Shown here: positions 9,328 to 19,410 of the stretch, in pieces
Numbering within the stretch: position 1 is the first letter of the stretch
How the letters are laid out: each line of letters opens with the position of its first letter
Source of the DNA: a virus
Lineage: Duplodnaviria; Heunggongvirae; Uroviricota; Caudoviricetes
Reading direction: 5' to 3' (one strand)
DNA: 64,000 nt
Virus record (IMG/VR): IMGVR_UViG_3300028610_000968
Translations under genes and position numbers: made by a program
The notes under the pieces: generated by a model
What the model was told of the DNA's origin: nothing
Seen by the model: only the letters and a program-made list of their open reading frames with translations
Database searches by the model: none

Positions 9328-9702
9328 ATGAGTTGCACAGTAGAACATAAATACTTTATAGGTAATAAAGTTTGTAGAATTATCCGTAGAGGTATGGAGA
9401 TAAAATGCCCTTCCTGTGAAGGCGTTGGAGAAGTTGTGCTTCTGGATGGACAACTATACAAATGTCCTAAGTGTCTCGGCAGCAAAGTTATTGAAGCGCA
9501 ACCACAATGGATAGTTGAAGGAGTAGAAAGAACTGTAGATAAGATTGAAATTATTATATGCCCTAAACACACTTCCATTCAATATCACACAAGCATGTGT
9601 ACTCGGCACTACGAAATAGTAGATGAAAGACGTTTATTACCAACAAGAAAACTCGCACAAGAAAAATGTAAAAGGTGGAATTTAAAAGACAATGGCGAAT
9701 AA
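9328..9702 (+). CDS. small protein with DnaJ-type CxxCxGxG zinc-finger repeats
   Basis: Motifs CPSCEGVGEV and CPKCLGSKV. Confidence 0.45.
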   Translation: MSCTVEHKYFIGNKVCRIIRRGMEIKCPSCEGVGEVVLLDGQLYKCPKCLGSKVIEAQPQWIVEGVERTVDKIEIIICPKHTSIQYHTSMCTRHYEIVDERRLLPTRKLAQEKCKRWNLKDNGE

Positions 9703-9880
9703 AAAGAAAAAAGAGAGACCGCCAAAAGGGTCATGGAAGAAAGAACAAACTATCTGTGACAAAGATGGACACCATGATTACGTAACAGTTAAAAGAGATA
9801 AAGGTGTCTTCAAAAAAGGCGATATGGTCTGTGTTTATTGTGGGTACACAGTAAAAAGAGAGGAAAATGATGGGAAGTAA
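9692..9880 (+). CDS. hypothetical Zn-ribbon protein (62 aa)
   Basis: C..C...H spacing. Start overlaps the previous stop. Confidence 0.35.
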   Translation: MANKKKKERPPKGSWKKEQTICDKDGHHDYVTVKRDKGVFKKGDMVCVYCGYTVKREENDGK

Positions 9881-10292
9881 AAATTCTAGTTTCTTGCCAT
9901 TAGACTTTGAATTGGCAAAAGAGCTGAAAGAAGCTGGGTATTCACAATACGGAAAAAATTGGTGGGTTCTTGAAAACCATGAAACTGAGTGGAAAGAAGT
10001 AAATGAAGATACCCATCTAAATTTCTATGAGCTAGGGAAACGGCTTCAAGACAGTGCTTATCTCCCAACACTCTCAGAACTTATAAGAGCTTGTGATGTT
10101 CCATTCGAAAGAAGAATTACTACTATCCATCAGCAAGCAGAACCAAATGAGCATGGAAATGGCTGCATCGCTCGCTGGTATGCACATGGGGTTTGGTGGG
10201 ACACTAGTGAACATGACGTTTATGGTGAAGGTGACACGCCCGAACAAGCAGTAGCAAGACTATGGATAGCACTGAAGAAAGGTAAGTCATGA
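9867..10292 (+). CDS. hypothetical protein (141 aa)
   Basis: ORF track entry. ATGATGG overlap with the upstream gene. Confidence 0.45.
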   Translation: MMGSKNSSFLPLDFELAKELKEAGYSQYGKNWWVLENHETEWKEVNEDTHLNFYELGKRLQDSAYLPTLSELIRACDVPFERRITTIHQQAEPNEHGNGCIARWYAHGVWWDTSEHDVYGEGDTPEQAVARLWIALKKGKS

Positions 10293-10552
10293 GAATTAAT
10301 CGTAGATTGTTTGAATTTTTTCAAACTAAAGTTTTAACAGTTATCATTGGTATAATCGCGTGGGGAATATTGTCAGCTCCACTCAGTCTACTTGACTCAG
10401 TGTTTACGTGGTTCCAATTGTTTGCGTTCGGAATCTTTCTTGTATCAGTACTAGGTGCAGCGGCAACAGCAGTTGTGTTCATCGTGTGGGTAGCGGCATG
10501 TATGGCAAATGTATGGCATGGTAGAGAAGAACCTTGGAGGGTTTACAAATGA
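10289..10552 (+). CDS. membrane protein (87 aa, 2-3 TM)
   Basis: Hydrophobic throughout. Confidence 0.4.
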   Translation: MRINRRLFEFFQTKVLTVIIGIIAWGILSAPLSLLDSVFTWFQLFAFGIFLVSVLGAAATAVVFIVWVAACMANVWHGREEPWRVYK

Positions 10553-10722
10553 TTAAGCGAGTTGCAGGATGTATTACAGGTTTAGCTGGTCTATTGTTGG
10601 TATTATCAATTTTATTATCATTGAGTACCATCGCAGTAAAAGTATTTCTTTGTAGTATAGTTGTGCTGATGTTCGGTGCAGTTTTAGCGGTAATAGTGTA
10701 TTGGGAAGAAATAGATTGGTAG
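10534..10722 (+). CDS. small membrane protein (62 aa)
   Basis: Hydrophobic. Start overlaps the previous gene. Confidence 0.35.
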   Translation: MEGLQMIKRVAGCITGLAGLLLVLSILLSLSTIAVKVFLCSIVVLMFGAVLAVIVYWEEIDW

Positions 10723-10888
10723 GTGATAGCACATGAAACAGTGGTGTTTAGATCATCCTTTCTTAACAGTACTGATAGTGTTTATTTTTGTCACAAATGT
10801 TACACACATTATATGGACAATCTTAGCACTAGCGGCAATATTTGTTCTGTTAGCTACAGCAGATAAGAATTACAAGAAATGAGGAAAA

Positions 10889-11080
10889 ATGCGTGCTGGT
10901 CTAAAGTCTAAAGAAGAGTTTGTGGAAATGATGTACGAAGAATTTCGTGATCAACTTACTTTGCGCCAAAGATTCGAAGGTTGTGAGTATGGTGTAGAGC
11001 CTTCTGGTGGCATAGACGGAGTACGTAACGCCTGGGAGCACCACGTACCCAGAGTTTTAAAAATTTTTAGGAGGGTATAA
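10889..11080 (+). CDS. hypothetical protein (63 aa)
   Basis: RBS GAGGAAAAATG. Confidence 0.4.
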   Translation: MRAGLKSKEEFVEMMYEEFRDQLTLRQRFEGCEYGVEPSGGIDGVRNAWEHHVPRVLKIFRRV

Positions 11081-11496
11081 TGGAAACACCAGAACATGTA
11101 TTTGAAGACATGATGGGGCATGCAATAAAATTCGCAGCAGGAGATCAAGAGTTATACGCGAAATTAATACGCAATAGATTTAAGCTGGCTATGGAGCGAA
11201 GGTTTGAAGAGACTTGCCGTAGACTAGAAGAAAAAAATAAGCACAATATGACAAGAGCTATGATAACTAGTGCCATGCTCGCAGATATATGTGAAGATTT
11301 GTATGGTGAAAATTCATCTGATGCACCTAGTAATTTAGCATATGAACATCTTAATTGGACACTTGGGCCATCTAAAAACCCACATGAAACATACTATGAG
11401 TGGGCTATGGAGAAGTGCGGGGCTTTGAACAGTAGTGCTCGTGTGCCAGAGTGGAAAGACTTTTTAAAGGAACTTAGAATACAATGGAAAATATAA
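11080..11496 (+). CDS. hypothetical protein (138 aa)
   Basis: RBS AGGAGGGTATAATG. Confidence 0.5.
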   Translation: METPEHVFEDMMGHAIKFAAGDQELYAKLIRNRFKLAMERRFEETCRRLEEKNKHNMTRAMITSAMLADICEDLYGENSSDAPSNLAYEHLNWTLGPSKNPHETYYEWAMEKCGALNSSARVPEWKDFLKELRIQWKI

Positions 11497-11678
11497 AGAA
11501 GAGTGCAGAGGGATGGATTACTCCAAAAGACATTAAATATTTTGGTGTAGTAAGAGATAGATTTATGGTATTCACTATGTGGGACAAAGACCCAGGAAGT
11601 TATCCAGGTATGAGTAGGAAGTTTAAGCGAGTTAAGGTTAAATTGACATTAGAAGTTTTAGAAGAGAAGGAGGACTAA
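11484..11678 (+). CDS. hypothetical protein (64 aa)
   Basis: ORF track entry. Confidence 0.4.
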   Translation: MENIKKSAEGWITPKDIKYFGVVRDRFMVFTMWDKDPGSYPGMSRKFKRVKVKLTLEVLEEKED

Positions 11679-11681
11679 ATA

Positions 11682-11873
11682 ATGATAACGATAATAGTTG
11701 CTTTACTACTGATAATACTTGTCGTAGTGGTAGTGTCGGGCGTGGAAAGACAAATGAGTAAACCGCACACTGGACACCCGTGTACGCACGAAGTGACAGA
11801 AACCTTGTCAGACAACAGGGGAGAGTTCTGCATAAAGTGTGGAAAGGTATTGGACGATGCATCAATTAGATGA
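11682..11873 (+). CDS. small membrane/Zn-ribbon protein (63 aa)
   Basis: N-terminal TM helix, then C..C....C..C. Confidence 0.4.
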   Translation: MITIIVALLLIILVVVVVSGVERQMSKPHTGHPCTHEVTETLSDNRGEFCIKCGKVLDDASIR

Positions 11874-12117
11874 AGAACCAAAGGAGTACTTTGACTCCAT
11901 AGAACAGAGAAAGAAGGGAAACAAGAGTATGTGGAAATTTCTATTTAATGATGATCGAGACACCATTATTGGCGTTTCTATATTGATAGCTATCCTTGGA
12001 GCAATCTGTCTTTTAGTTACGCTATTACTGTCAGATACATCAACGGCAGCAAAGTTTGGATTAGTGGGATTTGTCACTATAGTTACCGGCCTTGTGTTGT
12101 GGATGGAAAATAGTTAA
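11839..12117 (+). CDS. membrane protein (92 aa)
   Basis: Two predicted TM helices. Confidence 0.4.
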   Translation: MERYWTMHQLDEEPKEYFDSIEQRKKGNKSMWKFLFNDDRDTIIGVSILIAILGAICLLVTLLLSDTSTAAKFGLVGFVTIVTGLVLWMENS

Positions 12118-12292
12118 TATCACTAAGCATAGGAGGAAAAAGTCATGCTAAGTGTCTTTGATTTAAAATGTTAATAATTGGATACAGTTTACTAGTCTTA
12201 ATCCTCGGATTGGCTTGGGGAATTTGGTTGCCTGAGAACGTTGCTATTGTTTTGATGGGATTAGCCTTTGCTATCTTGGGTGTAGGTATTCT

Positions 12293-12631
12293 ATGTGTGA
12301 TGTTCTTTGCTTGGTGGTTACAACCGTGAGTAAAGATATAGAGTTGCCATTATTAGATAAATACATAGAAGAATTGAGAGATAGCATTCCTAGGGAGAGG
12401 GCTAGTAATATTGCTAGAGTCTTCAAGGCTATTATGTTAGAGGTGGAGCACGGCGGAGAGGATGCTATCGACAAACTTTCTAAGAATGATTGGTTCATGC
12501 CTATTGACGTTGATGCGCCGCATTTGGATAATGTAGAGACTTGGATAATGCAGAACCAACTTAATCTATATAGAACGTTATTAAATAGTTTCATCAAGTT
12601 ATGTTTAATAACTGACTTGGAGGAAAAATGA
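12293..12631 (+). CDS. hypothetical protein (112 aa)
   Basis: ORF track entry. Confidence 0.4.
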   Translation: MCDVLCLVVTTVSKDIELPLLDKYIEELRDSIPRERASNIARVFKAIMLEVEHGGEDAIDKLSKNDWFMPIDVDAPHLDNVETWIMQNQLNLYRTLLNSFIKLCLITDLEEK

Positions 12632-12710
12632 AAGCATTAGTTGTTCTAGTTCTTATTTGGGTATTTACAATCTCTTGGTTCTTGGTTGAATCTGGTAGAG
12701 CACAAATATA

Positions 12711-12974
12711 ATGAAGGATGGTATGCCGTCAGCAGAACTTATGGATGAGGAACTGCATGAGGAACTTTTGACACCGGAGTGTTGTGGGAACTGTAGATTT
12801 AGTAAAGAGTATACAAATGTTGCAGTGGAAGGAGGGTATTCTACATATGAAACCCTGCATTGTCGTAGGTATCCTCCGGTACAGCAAAAAGATATTGACG
12901 ACCCAATATATCCAAAGGTAGGAAAAGAAGCATGGTGCGGGGAATATAAAGCAGGACATGTGATAGAAGGATGA
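12711..12974 (+). CDS. hypothetical Cys-containing protein (87 aa)
   Basis: CCGNC...C...C motif. Confidence 0.4.
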   Translation: MKDGMPSAELMDEELHEELLTPECCGNCRFSKEYTNVAVEGGYSTYETLHCRRYPPVQQKDIDDPIYPKVGKEAWCGEYKAGHVIEG

Positions 12975-13180
12975 AACCAAGTGAATTTGTTTTATCAATG
13001 TTGATATTGTTCACATTATTATTTGCTTTTTTCGCTGCTTTGTGGGTGTTCATTTATGGGATTACAGAGATTAGAAAAGGTGAACAAGATGCTTGGGTAC
13101 TTGTCGGGTACGGAGGATTAATGTCCTTTGCCTTTATTATATTAACTATTAGTTTGGTATTAGAAAGTATGGGGTATTAA
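12971..13180 (+). CDS. small membrane protein (69 aa)
   Basis: Two TM helices. Confidence 0.4.
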   Translation: MKPSEFVLSMLILFTLLFAFFAALWVFIYGITEIRKGEQDAWVLVGYGGLMSFAFIILTISLVLESMGY

Positions 13181-13387
13181 ATGAGCAAATCAACTTTCTA
13201 TGCTTTCTCAGACAGTGGGGAACTTATCATAACAAAAGCAGATACTTTACCAGGAGCTAAAAAGAAAGCTAGGGAAGTGGGCTTCAACCCTGCGGATTTT
13301 CAGTGGTGGGAATTATGTGACGAACCAGGGATTGTAGCAATGGAGCCTAGAACAAAAGGATATAGGTGGGTAAAACCTCATGAATAA
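13181..13387 (+). CDS. hypothetical protein (68 aa)
   Basis: ORF track entry. Confidence 0.4.
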   Translation: MSKSTFYAFSDSGELIITKADTLPGAKKKAREVGFNPADFQWWELCDEPGIVAMEPRTKGYRWVKPHE

Positions 13388-13390
13388 AAA

Positions 13391-13591
13391 ATGGTAACAA
13401 TGGATAATCTAAATATTCCAGAAGGAATAAAAAGAAGACTAAAGCTGGATGTACTGGCAGACTTTATTAGTCTTATTGAGTTTGAAGAAGATGAAGAATA
13501 CTACTACATTATTGCAGAGCCTTGGAATAGGAATTACAATATTATCAAAACTAGGATACCAAAGAAAAGGAAAATAAAATCAAATGAATAA
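13391..13591 (+). CDS. hypothetical protein (66 aa)
   Basis: ORF track entry. Confidence 0.35.
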   Translation: MVTMDNLNIPEGIKRRLKLDVLADFISLIEFEEDEEYYYIIAEPWNRNYNIIKTRIPKKRKIKSNE

Positions 13592-14105
13592 AGTAGCTAT
13601 ATACCCAGGTAGTTTCGACCCTATCACATTTGGGCATCTTGATATAATTGAACGCTCTACACATATGTTTGATAAAGTAATTGTTGGTATAGTTGCTAAC
13701 CCAAACAAAGAGCCTTCTTTCACAGTAAGCACACGCAGGCTTATGATAGAGAATGCGGTACACGATTTAAAAACAGGTCTGCACTACCAAAAGATAATAG
13801 TAGAAGTGAAAGCTTTTAGTGGCTTGTTAGTTGATTTTGTTAAACAACAGAAAGCAACAACCATAATAAAGGGTCTAAGAGCCATAACAGACTTTGAGTA
13901 TGAATTCCAGATGGCCCACCTTAACAAGCAGCTTGATGAATCGGTGGAGACAGTCTTCATGATGTCTGACCCCAAATATACATTCTTGAGTTCGAGCGCG
14001 GTCAAAGAGATAGTAATACTTGGTGGAGACGTATCATCTTTAGTACCAAGAACAACGAAAGAATGGCTAAAGAACAGATTCCCGGAAAAGAGAAGAAACA
14101 TATGA
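13584..14105 (+). CDS. coaD: phosphopantetheine adenylyltransferase (CoaD/PPAT)
   Basis: The N-terminus VAIYPGSFDPITFGHLDIIERS carries the classic PPAT (T/H)xGH motif. Size is 173 aa. Confidence 0.85.
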   Translation: MNKVAIYPGSFDPITFGHLDIIERSTHMFDKVIVGIVANPNKEPSFTVSTRRLMIENAVHDLKTGLHYQKIIVEVKAFSGLLVDFVKQQKATTIIKGLRAITDFEYEFQMAHLNKQLDESVETVFMMSDPKYTFLSSSAVKEIVILGGDVSSLVPRTTKEWLKNRFPEKRRNI

Positions 14106-14428
14106 TTATATATCTAATGTTATTGGTTCACCTGTTGTATGATTTCCATTGGCAGGGAGTATTTATAGGAGAATACAAAAGTAAATATCCATTTATAATG
14201 TTTGTACATTCTTTTACTTGGGCATTGATTGTTTATTTACCATTGTTGTATTTTACTGGTATCTTTGCTCCTATATTATTTTCATTTCTTATTTTCTCTC
14301 ACTACGTGATAGATACCTGGAAATGTAATGAATTAAAAAAGGGAAAGAAGATGTGGCTTGTGTATGTAGACCAAGTTCTTCATTTGGTCTCAATATTAAT
14401 AGTTTGGTACGTCGGAATAAATCTTTAA
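14102..14428 (+). CDS. membrane protein (about 108 aa)
   Basis: Start trimmed to the ATG at 14102, which overlaps the coaD stop. Three TM helices. Confidence 0.4.
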   Translation: MIIYLMLLVHLLYDFHWQGVFIGEYKSKYPFIMFVHSFTWALIVYLPLLYFTGIFAPILFSFLIFSHYVIDTWKCNELKKGKKMWLVYVDQVLHLVSILIVWYVGINL

Positions 14429-14852
14429 GAAAGTAAGTGAGTTAGATGTCTGAAAAATGTGCGAACTGTGGAGAAGAAACAACATCAATCACAGTCAAAT
14501 TTAACGACGAAGATACGGAAGTTACAAAGAAATTTTGTGGCATAGACTGTCTCATCAACTGGGCTATTGGTGTAGAAGATGGTTCAGTAAGTATACAAGA
14601 GGGGGTAATAGAATGAGAACATTAATAGCAGACTCCTTTGTGAATCCCTCTATAGTGGAAGCAACAACCGCCGTTGAGAATTCCGTTTCAGTTGGTTTTC
14701 CGTGGTGGGGATTTATTATAGTAGGAGTCATTCTCTTCATAATACTGGCGATACTCTTCGAGGACTAAGGTAGCTGAATGGAATTATTATTTGTGATATG
14801 TATGATAGTAGTAATTAACTTTGTATTCTGGAGTATTTAAACGGAGGCTAAA

Positions 14853-15458
14853 ATGAAATTTGGTTTTGAAAAAGAATTTTTTGTAATGAAAGGTAGAGAG
14901 GTAGTTCTTTGCCCAAATGGTGTACCAGCAGATGAATGTGGGTGGTTAGCAGAAGCAAGGGGTGAACCTCGTGATGATATAGCAGAAGCATACTTTAGCC
15001 TTGAAGCTGATATTTACAGATTGGAACAAAGGGCTGAAAAAGCTTCAGTAGACTTGAAAGAAGTTCCGTTAATGAAAGTCTCTAGGAAAACAAGACTCGC
15101 TGCTGCTAGGCAACATCACAAGGGGAGAATTACTTACCAAAATATCTATGGGCATGAACGGCACAAGTTCAATATGTCAGAAGCGGCAGCTGGGCTACAC
15201 ATATCTTTCACAGACGCGATGCACGTTAGAACAGAGCACGACGGCACACAGGTAGTAAACCAATTGTTTGACTTTGTTCAAATATTTAGAGCACTGGATA
15301 AAGCTTTCGCAACTGAAATTCTCTTAGCAAAGAGAAAACCAGGGTTCTACGAGATAAAAAACGACCTTAGAATTGAATACCGCTCATTGCCGAACAATGT
15401 AGATTTAGACAAGGTAATAAAGGTTCTAGGCAAAGCAAGGTACGCTGGGCAAGAATGA
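14853..15458 (+). CDS. hypothetical protein (201 aa); weak resemblance to glutamine-synthetase-fold amidoligases
   Basis: N-terminal GFEKEFFV and a later GLHISF echo the E-x-E and G-x-H-x-H motifs of GCS2-type ligases. This is very tentative. Confidence 0.4.
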   Translation: MKFGFEKEFFVMKGREVVLCPNGVPADECGWLAEARGEPRDDIAEAYFSLEADIYRLEQRAEKASVDLKEVPLMKVSRKTRLAAARQHHKGRITYQNIYGHERHKFNMSEAAAGLHISFTDAMHVRTEHDGTQVVNQLFDFVQIFRALDKAFATEILLAKRKPGFYEIKNDLRIEYRSLPNNVDLDKVIKVLGKARYAGQE

Positions 15459-15587
15459 GCATAGAGTTCATGGACGGCTTTGAACGTATGTCAATGAAGG
15501 AGATCATCAAAAGACGGATTGCACAAGGGATTCAAGACGCAGAGGACTATGCCAATAGAGGACAGTTCATTGATTGGGAGGATGTTG

Positions 15588-16001
15588 ATGGCTACAAGAA
15601 GAGTTAGGATAGACGAAGAAGTTCGCAGCTGTAGTAAATGTCCTTACCTAAAGTTTGAGCAAGATTATCCTTGCAAGCCCACGTATGCTTGTGAACACCC
15701 GACGAAAAAAAGAAAAAAGATAAATTATGAAGGAGAACCCAGTTACGGTAAGTTAATTTCAAGAGGTGGCGACCCCTCAGCAGTTAGAGCAAACATACCT
15801 GATTGGTGTCCTTTACCAATAGTCGGCAGACAGGTATTAAAGGGAAAGAAAAAGATAACTGAAATAGACTCAGCAAAAATGGTAATAAGAAGATACAAAG
15901 AATCTCTTGGTATTTGTGACGACTGTAGAGAACAAAACAACATCACCAAAGATGGTTGTTCTGCTTGTTGCCAAGCAACAATTGATTCGGAAAGGAAGTA
16001 A
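15588..16001 (+). CDS. Cys-rich protein (about 137 aa)
   Basis: Start trimmed to the ATG after GGGAGG. Multiple CxxC pairs. Confidence 0.4.
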   Translation: MATRRVRIDEEVRSCSKCPYLKFEQDYPCKPTYACEHPTKKRKKINYEGEPSYGKLISRGGDPSAVRANIPDWCPLPIVGRQVLKGKKKITEIDSAKMVIRRYKESLGICDDCREQNNITKDGCSACCQATIDSERK

Positions 16002-16006
16002 TTGAA

Positions 16007-16219
16007 TTGTATAAATTCATAAGACGAGCAAGAGTACCTTTTGTCACTTTGATGGGGATGTTAGCACAGTTTTCCTACTGGCATGATTACAACAGTATGG
16101 AACATGTTTCTTCTGCATTAATATGGATTGTCATAGTGTCGGCGGCAATACCAATTGTCTATATTATTGCTCAACTAACTAGAGACACTAGCACACACAA
16201 CCAAGAAGCGGACGAGTAA
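16007..16219 (+). CDS. small membrane protein (70 aa)
   Basis: Hydrophobic. Confidence 0.35.
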   Translation: MYKFIRRARVPFVTLMGMLAQFSYWHDYNSMEHVSSALIWIVIVSAAIPIVYIIAQLTRDTSTHNQEADE

Positions 16220-16223
16220 GAAG

Positions 16224-16418
16224 ATGAATAAAGGGATGGAACCAATTCATTGTGAAGAGTGTAGTGGTACAGGGAGAACTATAGGTGGTGAGGGAACTGT
16301 CATATATGATATTCCCTGTCCTGTCTGTAAAGGGCGATGTTCTAAGTGTGGAACCAACAGACTGAAAGAAACAGGACGGGTCAATTTGACACTTATACCA
16401 TGCCCTACTTGTACTTGA
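16224..16418 (+). CDS. DnaJ-type CxxCxGxG zinc-finger protein (64 aa)
   Basis: CEECSGTGRT, CPVCKGRC, CSKCG and CPTC. Confidence 0.5.
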   Translation: MNKGMEPIHCEECSGTGRTIGGEGTVIYDIPCPVCKGRCSKCGTNRLKETGRVNLTLIPCPTCT

Positions 16419-16583
16419 CGAGGAAATATAGGAACACAGTAGAGAAGTCTCTCAAATGTAGTGTGTGCAATAACATACTAACTATTTGGAGAAAGAAAAG
16501 CAAAGATAAACAACCAGGGCATTTAAAACATATGTGGTGTCCTATGTGCGGGAAAATAACCGCTCACCAGGAAATGAAACGAC

Positions 16584-16874
16584 ATGGAGGATATGGTAGT
16601 GACTAAAATAAACGGCAGAGAAGTAGCTAAAGAAGTTCTCTTATTTGATGGTGAGAACACAATGACCATAAAAAAGGATAGACTTCTGGAGCTTGTAGCA
16701 GCAAGTCCAGTCAAAATAAGCGCCACAGAGCACAAGCACGGATTCATAGCTGGTATAAGAAGTTCTGGAAAATTTAAGGACAAAGCTCTGTTCCTTAACC
16801 GTAATTACAATTGGGAAACAGGGTATGATGATAGTGGACACTTACTATTGATTCCCACTAAAAAAGGAAGATAG
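16584..16874 (+). CDS. hypothetical protein (96 aa)
   Basis: ORF track entry. Confidence 0.4.
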   Translation: MEDMVVTKINGREVAKEVLLFDGENTMTIKKDRLLELVAASPVKISATEHKHGFIAGIRSSGKFKDKALFLNRNYNWETGYDDSGHLLLIPTKKGR

Positions 16875-16897
16875 ACAATGACTAGGGAGAGTATTTA

Positions 16898-17140
16898 ATG
16901 GGAGAGTATGTGGCACATCTATATAACGTGGGAATATTTCTTGTCATGTTAATGACCATACTTCTCTTAGTGCTTGTGTTGTTTTCACCTTTACTTACAC
17001 TAATGTATTTGAGTGATTCAAACCACAGGCTGTACTTAAAGATAATAATAGAAGTGACTGTGATAGTGGCAGTAATACTGTTAGTACCTTTGGGAATAAT
17101 AATGCTGGACTATCTAATGGAAATTAAGAGAGCAACTTAA
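16898..17140 (+). CDS. small membrane protein (80 aa)
   Basis: Two TM helices. Confidence 0.4.
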   Translation: MGEYVAHLYNVGIFLVMLMTILLLVLVLFSPLLTLMYLSDSNHRLYLKIIIEVTVIVAVILLVPLGIIMLDYLMEIKRAT

Positions 17141-17156
17141 ATACTGGAGATGAGTC

Positions 17157-17549
17157 ATGGGTGCATACGATAAAAGATGTTCTATATGTGGAAAAGATAT
17201 GAGCACGTGGGATAAAATGGGGCTACCGTGTCCGTACTGTACTGCGATAAGAGACCGCAAGAGAGCAAAACAAGAAGCTACTCCCCAAGATAATCAAAAA
17301 GCAACAGAGAGGGCGAGGCACAAAGCATACGTTGACGCAAAATTTAAGGAGATATGGGAATACAAGGGCGAACCACCAGATGGTGAAAAATGTGCTTTCC
17401 CTGACATACTAGGGTCGTTCACTGATGCGTACTTTGCTCACCTAAGAGAAAACGGCTTAACACAAGAGACATCACCCAAGTTTGAGGTAGAGTGGAGTCA
17501 TAGTATAGGGAACGCGCAAAACCCATACAAAAAAAGAAGGCGGGTATAA
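17157..17549 (+). CDS. hypothetical Zn-ribbon protein (130 aa)
   Basis: N-terminal CSICG...CPYC. Confidence 0.45.
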   Translation: MGAYDKRCSICGKDMSTWDKMGLPCPYCTAIRDRKRAKQEATPQDNQKATERARHKAYVDAKFKEIWEYKGEPPDGEKCAFPDILGSFTDAYFAHLRENGLTQETSPKFEVEWSHSIGNAQNPYKKRRRV

Positions 17550-17681
17550 GATGTTCCTATGTGAGAAGTGCCATGAAAAAAGCAAGTGTGAGTTCATACA
17601 TTTTTCTACTTCCTATGGGCCATGTGAAGCCTGTCATACAGTGGGAGAAACCTGCGATTGTAAACCGAAAGAAGGCGAAAC

Positions 17682-17912
17682 ATGATTGTCGATAAAATAT
17701 TAATGACTAAAGCACAAGTAGCTTTATTGTGGCGAGTAACAAACTCCTTGCTTGACGCTAGGATTGCTATCAGTGAATTAAGCAGTGAGTTAGAAAGACC
17801 GAACCCAATACTCAGTATTATGGACGAACAGATAACTGTGGCATTAAAACTAAACTTCCATTTGAAGGATGCTTACAGTCCAGCACTGAACCCGAAAGTG
17901 GAGGACAAATAA
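17682..17912 (+). CDS. hypothetical protein (76 aa)
   Basis: ORF track entry. Confidence 0.35.
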   Translation: MIVDKILMTKAQVALLWRVTNSLLDARIAISELSSELERPNPILSIMDEQITVALKLNFHLKDAYSPALNPKVEDK

Positions 17913-18107
17913 TGTTAAATGATTGGTCAAAAGGATTTTGGACTGGCACTATACTAGTAAATGTTGTATGGGTGCTAATGATGTATTTCGGCACACGGCA
18001 ATAAGGAGCAGAGTAATGGTCACTTGGTGGTTCATGCCAAAGCAAGAGTAAAAAATTATTTATACTTCAAAGTTAATTTAAAAACAAACAAACGAGGGAG
18101 TAAAATA

Positions 18108-18986
18108 ATGAACAAACATATTGAACCTACTAGGTTAATCATGTTCTTAGAATTAGTAAAGGGGTGCAAAAACGCCGAGTGCCCTTCATTTGGTACTGTG
18201 TGCAAACAAACGGAGCAACGGTATATGTCTCTGTCCACCCTACTAGATATTGCAAAAGAAGTAAAATCTGCCCTGAAGGAAAAAGAACCAAAATTTGAAG
18301 TCGTTGATTTGTGGACATACGGAAACGGGGATACGTTCGACCACCCCGCATTTCAAGAGATGCTGCAAGTGGTCAGACTTCTGTTCCCGGATTTCAAACT
18401 GTCAATGGCGATAGACTCGAGGCGTGATTGTCCCGAGGGCGATTGGTGGCAGTACTTAGACAAAGTAAAAATGATTCACAAGCTACCAGAAACGTTTGAC
18501 TGGCTTGAAAGAGCTAGGTACTGGGCGCATAGAGTGCCGATTGATATGAGCCATAAGCTTATTACAAATCACCTTTCGAGTTCCATGTGGAAAACGTGGA
18601 AAAAAGTAGTTTGGGTTAAAGAGCTAAAAGCGGTTCCTTGGCACAACATTGAACTAGGGACGGATAAGCCAGTATTCACGCAAAGAGAAACGTTTACGTG
18701 CGACTCTGACATACCCGTTGAGAACGGCCCATATCCGGGCAGACCTGTACGCAGAGCTTTAATTCGACACAATGGCAAACCAAGAAGATGTTTGGTGTCA
18801 CCGACTAGTCATAAGACAATTACAAAACTGTTGCTCGGCGGGGATGATGTATGTCCTGAGTGCTGGCCTTTGACTGGCAGTGAACTAGCAAAGTTCTATG
18901 AAGATAAAATAGTCATAACACCATCGTCTAACTGTGTGTCTGATGGGTACTTCACACCAACATGGGAAGAAAACGTGTTGATCTAA
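18108..18986 (+). CDS. hypothetical protein (about 292 aa)
   Basis: Start trimmed to the ATG at 18108 after GAGGGAG. Confidence 0.5.
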   Translation: MNKHIEPTRLIMFLELVKGCKNAECPSFGTVCKQTEQRYMSLSTLLDIAKEVKSALKEKEPKFEVVDLWTYGNGDTFDHPAFQEMLQVVRLLFPDFKLSMAIDSRRDCPEGDWWQYLDKVKMIHKLPETFDWLERARYWAHRVPIDMSHKLITNHLSSSMWKTWKKVVWVKELKAVPWHNIELGTDKPVFTQRETFTCDSDIPVENGPYPGRPVRRALIRHNGKPRRCLVSPTSHKTITKLLLGGDDVCPECWPLTGSELAKFYEDKIVITPSSNCVSDGYFTPTWEENVLI

Positions 18987-18987
18987 A

Positions 18988-19410
18988 ATGGCAACTAAAT
19001 ACGACCCCACGTACCCAATAATTAAAGAGTTAAGGCAATTGGGTGTTACAAAGTATGAAATCAACTTTACGGCCAAAAGACCTATTGTAAAGATAGATGG
19101 TATTTCGGTGGTTAAAATCCCCTGCCATACTTGTGGAGGAAGAGGATATTACCACCTTGATTTGCCCAACCCTAACGTGCCTTTTGATATGGACATTGGT
19201 GGTGGGCTGGGTGATGAAGTTCGATGTTCTTGCGGTGGCAGTAAGGTTTATGTGCCAACTGACATAACTCGCGATAGGGTACTAAAGGTTAGGGACAAAC
19301 GACCAAAATACAAGTACCGATATTTGTATGAAGATTATTGGGGCTACATTCATCCTAGTATTTGGAAACGTATTAGGTCGCAGATAACTCAAGCCAAGAA
19401 TGAATTGTGA
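18988..19410 (+). CDS. DnaJ-type CxxCxGxG zinc-finger protein (140 aa)
   Basis: CHTCGGRGYY and CSCGGSKV. Confidence 0.45.
   Translation: MATKYDPTYPIIKELRQLGVTKYEINFTAKRPIVKIDGISVVKIPCHTCGGRGYYHLDLPNPNVPFDMDIGGGLGDEVRCSCGGSKVYVPTDITRDRVLKVRDKRPKYKYRYLYEDYWGYIHPSIWKRIRSQITQAKNEL

Noticed and set aside
14853-15458. Calling the 201-aa protein a third amidoligase
   Set aside because: Only loose E-x-E and H-x-S echoes of the GCS2 motifs are present. This is insufficient, so I left it as hypothetical with a note.
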